A stretch of 32,000 bases of DNA from the NCBI GenBank assembly GCA_015056545.1, contig SVGE01000002.1, positions 92,575 to 124,574 of the forward strand. The letters run 5' to 3'. The stretch is from Clostridiales bacterium (GTDB lineage: Bacteria; Bacillota; Clostridia; TANB77; SIG350). Below the pieces are notes generated by a model that saw nothing but the letters and a program-made list of their open reading frames with translations, was not told the DNA's origin and ran no database searches. Below, piece after piece: positions 26,979-32,000 of this stretch. The position numbers and the translations under genes were made by a program. The stretch's first letter is position 1. Each line of letters starts with the position of its first letter.

Positions 26979-27581
26979 ATGCAAAACAGAATGGATGAAT
27001 TAATGAAATTGTCAGCATTTGAACTTCAGAAGCGGGCAGTAGCAGGTCTTATTGCAATAATTGAAGATACTGATGTTACTGCTAAGATTGTAGAAGAAGC
27101 AATTGAAACTTTACCGGAAGCGCTTAATCAGCTTAATATTGCAGCAGAATATTATAATGCTGTATATGATGAAGTATATGATGAAGCTGTTGAAGATTTT
27201 CTTGAAGATCTGGAAGAAATCGGTTTATGCGCTTGTGATGATGACTGCGATGAATGCGAATGTGAAGAATGTGAATGTGAAGGCGAGTCTTGTTGTTGTT
27301 TCAGAGAAGTTAAAGAAATTAATAACTCTTTTTGCCCTCATGGAGAATGTTTGTGTAAAGAACCATGTGAAGAGTGTCATCGCGAAGAAGATGAATGTAT
27401 AGGATATGAATGTGATTCATATGCTGTTCCTTGCGAAGAAGGAGAAGAGGACGGTTATTCAGATGAAAAACCGGAATTTTGCAAATGTGATAAAACATGC
27501 GTAGGCTGTGAAGAAAAACAGAAAGGATGTATGGGCTTAGACTGTCCCAATTGTCAAAATCCTCGTGAATGTGATGAATAA
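26979..27581 (+). CDS. Cysteine/acid-rich protein (200 aa, 26 Cys in the C-terminal ~125 aa), function unknown
   Basis: AAGGAGG (26962-26968) upstream of the ATG, with its own promoter and terminator. The sequence runs CACDDDCDECECEECECEGESCCC...CPHGECLCKEPCEECH...CKCDKTCVGCEEKQKGCMGLDCPNCQNPRECDE. Codons such as CCG, GCG, CGC, CAG, CTG and GGC are frequent here and rare in the neighbouring genes. Confidence 0.75.
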   Translation: MQNRMDELMKLSAFELQKRAVAGLIAIIEDTDVTAKIVEEAIETLPEALNQLNIAAEYYNAVYDEVYDEAVEDFLEDLEEIGLCACDDDCDECECEECECEGESCCCFREVKEINNSFCPHGECLCKEPCEECHREEDECIGYECDSYAVPCEEGEEDGYSDEKPEFCKCDKTCVGCEEKQKGCMGLDCPNCQNPRECDE

Positions 27582-27590
27582 TCACATATA

Positions 27591-27618
27591 ACCATGAGAG
27601 TGGTGAAGTCGTAACAAG
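27591..27618 (+). other. 28-nt 16S rRNA-like composite (5' and 3' strands flanking helix 44 fused head to tail)
   Basis: ACCATGAGAGT (27591-27601) is followed immediately by GGTGAAGTCGTAACAAG (27602-27618). From memory, both match the conserved 16S 3'-domain strings ...CACACCATGAGAGT... and ...GGGGTGAAGTCGTAACAAGGTA.... Confidence 0.7.
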
Positions 27619-27652
27619 AAAGAGACTAGGATATATTCCTAGTCTTTTTCTT
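27616..27652 (+). terminator. Terminator of the Cys-rich gene
   Basis: GAGACTAGGA (27622-27631) pairs with TCCTAGTCTT (27637-27646) around a 5-nt loop. The stem can extend to 27616/27652. Followed by a T-rich tail. Confidence 0.8.
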
Positions 27653-27676
27653 ATATAAGAAAAAATAAAAAAACTA

Positions 27677-27705
27677 TTGATAAGTTAATTTACATATGAT
27701 AATAT
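27677..27705 (+). promoter_or_regulatory. Extended -10 promoter of the G10 mini-gene
   Basis: TTGATA (27677-27682), 17-nt spacer ending TGa, TAATAT (27700-27705). Confidence 0.6.
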
Positions 27706-27727
27706 AACTACGAAAGAGGTGAGAAAA

Positions 27728-27862
27728 TTGTCAAATAAAACCAAAGTAATATGCCATAAAGTGCTAAATACTAGGGGGGGGGGTGTTTATAGAATAAGGA
27801 CATCTTTAATTGGCATGCCAAAAAATATAGAGAACTTAAGAATATATTACGAAAAAACGTAA
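27728..27862 (+). CDS. Candidate 44-codon mini-ORF (MSNKTKVICHKVLNTRGGGVYRIRTSLIGMPKNIENLRIYYEKT) containing the G10 tract
   Basis: TTG start 5 nt after AGAGGTGAG (27715-27723). The frame is open only at the present G10 length. The stop (27860-27862) lies inside the downstream terminator stem. Coding status is uncertain. Confidence 0.3.
   Translation: MSNKTKVICHKVLNTRGGGVYRIRTSLIGMPKNIENLRIYYEKT
27774..27783 (+). repeat. Homopolymeric G10 tract
   Basis: Read directly; the longest G/C run I saw in the window. Confidence 0.99.
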
Positions 27863-27887
27863 TGTAGTCTTAGGTTCTTTTAATTTG
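27832..27887 (+). terminator. Long hairpin plus U-tract (terminator/attenuator) ending the mini-gene transcript
   Basis: GAACTTAAGA (27832-27841) pairs with TCTTAGGTTC (27868-27877). Inner stem ATTACG/CGTAAT with an A6 loop. Followed by TTTTAATTTG. Confidence 0.65.
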
Positions 27888-27915
27888 CCAAAATTAAAAA
27901 GATACATTTTGGCAA
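27885..27915 (+). other. Perfect 10-bp hairpin in the leader of the pilin-like gene
   Basis: TTGCCAAAAT (27885-27894) pairs with ATTTTGGCAA (27906-27915). It overlaps the U-tract of the preceding terminator. Confidence 0.5.
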
Positions 27916-27973
27916 TAATAAAATAAAGAGCCGAGGAAGGGAGGAAATAAAAAGAAAAAATACAACAAAACAG

Positions 27974-28002
27974 TTGAAGTAAAACCAAAAGTGTTATACA
28001 AT
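27974..28002 (+). promoter_or_regulatory. Candidate proximal promoter of the pilin-like gene
   Basis: TTGAAG (27974-27979), 17-nt spacer, TACAAT (27997-28002). Confidence 0.45.
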
Positions 28003-28014
28003 AAAATTGTATAA
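27994..28014 (+). promoter_or_regulatory. Perfect 9-3-9 palindrome (candidate operator) overlapping the -10
   Basis: TTATACAAT-aaa-ATTGTATAA. Confidence 0.5.
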
Positions 28015-28046
28015 TAACAAATTTAAAATTCAAAGGAGGAAAAAAT

Positions 28047-29252
28047 ATGAAAAATTTAAAGAATAGTAAAACATCAGGTATAAGCTTAGTTGCACTAATA
28101 GTAACAATAATTGTGCTAATAATATTAACAGCTGCAGTTATTGTAACTTTTATGGAAGGTGGCATAATAGAAAAGGCAAAAGAGGCGGTATTTAAAAGTG
28201 ATATAAGAACATATCAAGAAATACTAGCAGTAAAGAATGCAGAAAAACAAATAGAATTAGCAACCGGAAATGGAGAAGGTGGATTATATAATGAAACAGA
28301 TTATGACAAAATCAAAGAAATAATTCCCGAATTTAAAGAAGAATATAAAGATTTAATAGCAATAAGTAATGGAGAAATAGTATTAGGAACAAGAAGTGAA
28401 GACCCATATAGCATATGGCTAGCCGATTTAGGAATAGGAGTAGCAAAAACATCAGTAGTAGCATTATTAGAAGTAGGAGACTATGTAAATTATGATATAC
28501 CAGGAGGAACATATGAAATACCGGCAGAAGATAGACGTTGGATATATAATAATGTTAATGGTGAAGAAAGTTATGAAATTGGTTATCAAGATATAATGTG
28601 GAAAGTATTAAAAAATGATGGAACAGAAGTAACTTTAGTAAGTGAAGAATCAGTTGAAAATATATACTTATTGATTGATGATGCGAATGCAGGAAAAAGC
28701 CGAGCTTATTTAAATGGACCAGACAGATTAGATGCAATATGTGAAACCGTATATGGAGGAAGAAACTTAAAAGTTGAAGATGTTAATGAAGTGCTTAAAA
28801 TAGAGCCAAAGCCATCGTACTATAATTCAGAAGGAACACAGGTATATAAAGAATTAGGAGCAACATTCGGAGATGCAATAGAAGAGGACGGATATGATGT
28901 AAGCGGATGGGATAAACCAGAAAATTATGAGAATATACCTTTATATTATAGCTATACAAAATCAGATTGTGTAAATGTAGGTGAAACAGAAAAAGATATG
29001 ATATTTGCACAAGATAATTACTGGTTATCATCATCAAGTATAATAGTATATTTTAATCATGTGTATGTAGAGTACCCATTGTTAGTTGTAGATAATGATA
29101 GTTTGACACAATGGGAGTTATATCCTACTGGTGATGGAGATTTATATGATGTTTGCGGTCTTCGTCCAGTTGTAACATTAAGTGCAAGTACACAAATAGC
29201 AGATGTTACAGGTGATGGTTCTAGTGCAGATAATGCATGGCAATTAAAATAA
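28047..29252 (+). CDS. Pilin-like / pseudopilin-like secreted protein (401 aa) with an atypical N-terminal segment
   Basis: AAAGGAGG RBS. The N-terminus MKNLKNSKTSG-ISLVALIVTIIVLIILTAAVIV resembles a class III (prepilin) signal but has Ala where Glu5 is expected. Large C-terminal globular part. Confidence 0.7.
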   Translation: MKNLKNSKTSGISLVALIVTIIVLIILTAAVIVTFMEGGIIEKAKEAVFKSDIRTYQEILAVKNAEKQIELATGNGEGGLYNETDYDKIKEIIPEFKEEYKDLIAISNGEIVLGTRSEDPYSIWLADLGIGVAKTSVVALLEVGDYVNYDIPGGTYEIPAEDRRWIYNNVNGEESYEIGYQDIMWKVLKNDGTEVTLVSEESVENIYLLIDDANAGKSRAYLNGPDRLDAICETVYGGRNLKVEDVNEVLKIEPKPSYYNSEGTQVYKELGATFGDAIEEDGYDVSGWDKPENYENIPLYYSYTKSDCVNVGETEKDMIFAQDNYWLSSSSIIVYFNHVYVEYPLLVVDNDSLTQWELYPTGDGDLYDVCGLRPVVTLSASTQIADVTGDGSSADNAWQLK

Positions 29253-29269
29253 TTTAATACAATATATAT

Positions 29270-29310
29270 ATAACCTTTTAATATATTTGTTAAAAGGTTA
29301 TTTTTCTTTT
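29270..29310 (+). terminator. Strong terminator of the pilin-like gene
   Basis: ATAACCTTTTAA (29270-29281) pairs with TTAAAAGGTTAT (29290-29301), followed by TTTTCTTTTCTTTTTTT. Confidence 0.8.
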
Positions 29311-29328
29311 CTTTTTTTATCAAATTCA

Positions 29329-29357
29329 TTGAAAAAAATATTGTATTAATATAAAAT
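29329..29357 (+). promoter_or_regulatory. Promoter of priA
   Basis: TTGAAA (29329-29334), 17-nt spacer, TAAAAT (29352-29357). Confidence 0.5.
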
Positions 29358-29393
29358 ACATATGTAATTATTTAATATATATGAAAGGAAAAG

Positions 29394-31649
29394 ATGATGT
29401 ATATAAATGTATTATTAAATACAAGTGTATCAAATTTAGATAGATATTTTTCATATAAAGTTCCAACTGAAATGGAAAAGTTAGTTAAAGTAGGTAAACG
29501 TGTAAAAGTTCCTTTTGGTGCTGGGAATAAAGAGCAAGTAGGTATTATAATTGAAATATTAGATAGTGTGTCTTATGATGAAAGTAAAGTGAAAAATATT
29601 ATTGAAGTTATACAAGATGAATACAGATTATCTAGTTTTAATATAAAGCTTGCTAAATGGATAAGTAAAAGATATTTATGTAATTTATCAGATAGTATTA
29701 GACTAATGTTACCACCTGGAATTACTAGAATGAGTAATGAAGTATATAATACTAAATCTGAAAAATGGATACATATTAAAGATAGAGAAAAAATATTAAA
29801 TGAATATACTGAGATAAAAGGGTTAACACCTAAAAGAAAAGAAGTATTAGATTTATTACTTGATTTAGACGAGATTAAACAAAGTGAATTATATAGTTTT
29901 TTCAATATAAATTTAGCTTTTCTTAAATGGTTTATAAAAGAAGAAATAATTGAAATAACTGAAGAAAAAGTATACAGAAATCCTTTCGAAAATTTTAATA
30001 TTTTAAAAGATGAACCATTTGAATTAAATAAAGCTCAAAAACAAGTATATGATAATATCATATCAGATATAGATGAGAATATTTTTAGTGAAATATTATT
30101 ACATGGAATAACAGGTAGTGGTAAAACAGAAATATATATGCAATTAATAGATTATGTACTTAAAAGTGGTAAAAATGCCATTGTTTTAGTTCCGGAAATA
30201 TCTTTAACACCACAAATAGTTAATAGGTTTTTAAATAGATTTGGAAATATTATTGCAGTACTTCATAGCAGATTATCTATTGGTGAAAGATTAGATGAAT
30301 TTAATAGAATAAATAGGGGTGAAGCCAAAATTGTTATAGGTGCTAGAAGTGCTATATTTGCTCCTTTAAAAAATATTGGTATTGTTATTGTTGATGAAGA
30401 ACATGATAGTTCATATAAATCTGAAATGTCACCTAAATATGATGCAAAAGAAGTTGCTAAAAAAATATGTGAAGTAAACAAATGTGTTTTACTTTTAGCT
30501 TCAGCAACACCTAGTGTATCTACATATTATTTAGCACAAAAAGGAGATATTAAATTACTTGAGTTAAATGTAAGAGCAAATCCATTTGCAAGTTTGCCTA
30601 GTATTGATGTTATTGATATGACCTCAAATAAGAAACAAAATGGATTTAGTAATATATCTGAAAAATTATATAATGAGATTAAATGTAATTTAGAAAAAGG
30701 AGAACAAACAATATTATTTTTAAATAAAAGAGGATATAAATCATCTATTATTTGCCAAAACTGTGGTAATGTATACAAATGTCCTAATTGTGATGTTTCA
30801 TTAACATATCATCATGATAAAAGAAAATTAATGTGTCATTATTGTGGACATAGTGAAAGTGTTCAAAAAAATTGTATAGTATGTGGAAGTTCTGAATTTG
30901 ATAGTAATGTTGTAGGTACACAAAAAATAGAGTATGAATTAAGTAATGCATTTCCAGAATGCAGAATTATTCGTATGGATTATGATACAACAAATAAAAA
31001 AGATGGACATTTAGAAATAATAAATAGATTTAAAAAAGAAAATATAGATATATTAATAGGAACACAAATGCTTGCTAAAGGACATGATTTTCCTAATGTT
31101 ACATTAGTTGGTATATTAAATGCAGATATGACATTAAATATGCAAGATTACAGGGCAAACGAGTATGCATATAACCTGCTTACACAAGTAGCAGGAAGAG
31201 CAGGTAGAAGTGATAAAGAAGGAAGAGTATATATTCAAGCATATGATAAAGATAATTTTGTATTAGAATGTATTAAAAATAATGATTACCAAAGATTATA
31301 CAAATCTGAAATTGAATATAGAAAAAACTTAACATATCCACCATTTTGTGATATAATACAAATTACTCTATTTGGGAAAAAAGAAGTAGATGTACAAAAT
31401 CTATCACTAGATGCATTTAATAAATTAAAAGAATATATGAGTGAATATACAAATAAAAAAATTATGCAAGTTTATCCACCAGTAGTTTCTGCTGTATCTA
31501 AAATAAATAATGAATATAGATGGAAAATATCTATTAAATGTAAATATAATGAAAAAATATCTAATAGTTTAAAAGAGTTTATTAAGGAATATCAGGATAA
31601 TGATAAAATTCGTTTATCTATTGATATTAATTCAAGAAATAATATATAG
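29394..31649 (+). CDS. priA: Primosomal protein N' (replication restart helicase PriA)
   Basis: Walker A GITGSGKT, DEEH box and a Cys-rich zinc-binding region CQNCG...CPNCD...CHYCG...CIVCGS. 751 aa. Confidence 0.95.
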   Translation: MMYINVLLNTSVSNLDRYFSYKVPTEMEKLVKVGKRVKVPFGAGNKEQVGIIIEILDSVSYDESKVKNIIEVIQDEYRLSSFNIKLAKWISKRYLCNLSDSIRLMLPPGITRMSNEVYNTKSEKWIHIKDREKILNEYTEIKGLTPKRKEVLDLLLDLDEIKQSELYSFFNINLAFLKWFIKEEIIEITEEKVYRNPFENFNILKDEPFELNKAQKQVYDNIISDIDENIFSEILLHGITGSGKTEIYMQLIDYVLKSGKNAIVLVPEISLTPQIVNRFLNRFGNIIAVLHSRLSIGERLDEFNRINRGEAKIVIGARSAIFAPLKNIGIVIVDEEHDSSYKSEMSPKYDAKEVAKKICEVNKCVLLLASATPSVSTYYLAQKGDIKLLELNVRANPFASLPSIDVIDMTSNKKQNGFSNISEKLYNEIKCNLEKGEQTILFLNKRGYKSSIICQNCGNVYKCPNCDVSLTYHHDKRKLMCHYCGHSESVQKNCIVCGSSEFDSNVVGTQKIEYELSNAFPECRIIRMDYDTTNKKDGHLEIINRFKKENIDILIGTQMLAKGHDFPNVTLVGILNADMTLNMQDYRANEYAYNLLTQVAGRAGRSDKEGRVYIQAYDKDNFVLECIKNNDYQRLYKSEIEYRKNLTYPPFCDIIQITLFGKKEVDVQNLSLDAFNKLKEYMSEYTNKKIMQVYPPVVSAVSKINNEYRWKISIKCKYNEKISNSLKEFIKEYQDNDKIRLSIDINSRNNI

Positions 31650-31658
31650 GGTGATTTT

Positions 31659-32000
31659 ATGATTTTTAATAAATTAATACCAGAACTTACTGTTTCAAAT
31701 TTACAAGAAAGTATAAATTTTTATGTAGGTTTATTAGGATTTGAAATTAAATATGAAAGAAAAGAAAATTTATTTACATTTCTTGAGCTTGAAGATATTC
31801 AAATTATGATACAAGAGCATAATAATGAAGATGAAGAAAAGTGGAATGTTGGAAAATTAGAATATCCTTATGGTAGAGGTATAAATTTTCAAATAGAATT
31901 AAATAATATTGATAATATATATAATAGGTTGATTGAAAATAATTATCCAATAGCTTTTGATATTGAAAAAAACTGGTATAGACAAAATGACATTTTGCTT
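31659..32000 (+). CDS. VOC-superfamily (glyoxalase/bleomycin-resistance-like) protein, 3'-truncated by window edge
   Basis: Absent from the ORF track because there is no stop in the window. GGGTGA RBS and ATG 31659. MIFNKLIPELTVSNLQESINFYVGLLGFEIKYE is a typical VOC/Ble-like N-terminus. Confidence 0.7.
   Translation, partial: MIFNKLIPELTVSNLQESINFYVGLLGFEIKYERKENLFTFLELEDIQIMIQEHNNEDEEKWNVGKLEYPYGRGINFQIELNNIDNIYNRLIENNYPIAFDIEKNWYRQNDILL

Noticed and set aside
27103-27585. ORFs 27103..27402 (+) and 27319..27585 (-) overlapping the Cys-rich gene.
   Set aside because: They are alternative-frame or antisense artefacts. The TGY/GAR/GAY-rich coding sequence is poor in stop codons in other frames, and neither ORF has an RBS.
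27660-28046. A c-di-GMP (GEMM-I/II) riboswitch upstream of the pilin-like gene, as found upstream of pilA1 in Clostridioides difficile.
   Set aside because: None of the conserved GEMM core strings I remember (for example ACGCAAAGC or GGCAAA...GGGAC) are present.
27836-28165. 109-aa minus-strand ORF across the pilin-like gene leader.
   Set aside because: It is antisense to a purine-rich leader and to the start of a well-supported gene. It has no RBS and its translation is low-complexity Phe/Ile/Leu.
90-30778. The many 60-190-aa minus-strand ORFs in the track that lie inside + strand genes (for example 90..398, 2220..2516, 3617..3826, 4618..4848, 8714..9274, 11643..11951, 20966..21298, 25553..25948, 25991..26191, 28555..29037, 29573..30778).
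   Set aside because: All are antisense to well-supported genes. Their translations are low-complexity and Ser/Ile/Leu/Phe-rich, as expected for the reverse strand of AT-rich purine-biased coding sequence. None has a convincing RBS.
1-32000. CRISPR arrays, rRNA genes, integrases, transposases with IS ends and prophage structural genes.
   Set aside because: None was seen. The only rRNA-like sequence is the 28-nt fragment at 27591-27618, and the only mobile-element-related gene is the Rpn-family nuclease.

Overview
Very AT-rich chromosomal segment (roughly 25% G+C by eye) from a low-GC Gram-positive bacterium, probably a Clostridia-like spore former. Supporting markers are the ctsR-mcsA-mcsB-clpC operon, a GH18 cortex-type hydrolase, a CwlD-like amidase and a DUF4364 protein. 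Almost all genes are on the + strand. Housekeeping genes: greA, pyrG, aspS (behind a T-box leader), rsmB, cmk, plsC, rpsA, tRNA-Trp, ctsR-mcsA-mcsB-clpC and priA. Cell-wall genes: GH18 hydrolase, MurNAc-L-Ala amidase and an M23 peptidase. An accessory block follows tRNA-Trp: WG-repeat protein, orphan ORF, HD-domain protein, a frameshifted PF06541-like membrane gene, a PLC-like protein and an Rpn/YhgA-type PD-(D/E)XK nuclease. There are no CRISPR arrays and no rRNA genes. Most interesting observations: (1) The 465-nt aspS-rsmB spacer holds an unannotated module that looks like a type I toxin-antitoxin. It has convergent consensus promoters, a 26-aa hydrophobic ORF with a GGGGG Shine-Dalgarno, a CCCCC anti-SD, roughly 27-bp pairing between the mRNA 5' and 3' ends, and a shared bidirectional terminator. 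(2) A 2.4-kb insert lies between clpC and priA. It carries an extremely Cys/Glu/Asp-rich 200-aa protein with atypical codon usage. Its 3' UTR contains a 28-nt composite of the two conserved 16S rRNA strands that flank helix 44. A self-contained 44-codon mini-gene there keeps its frame only because of a G10 homopolymer and reads into its own terminator. The insert also encodes an orphan pilin-like protein lacking Glu5. (3) The aspS T-box seems to display an Asn (AAC) codon rather than an Asp codon. (4) The Rpn nuclease gene has an internal in-frame SD+ATG and a 12-bp x5 coding repeat. All calls come from reading the sequence and the ORF translations by eye; no database search or folding program was run.
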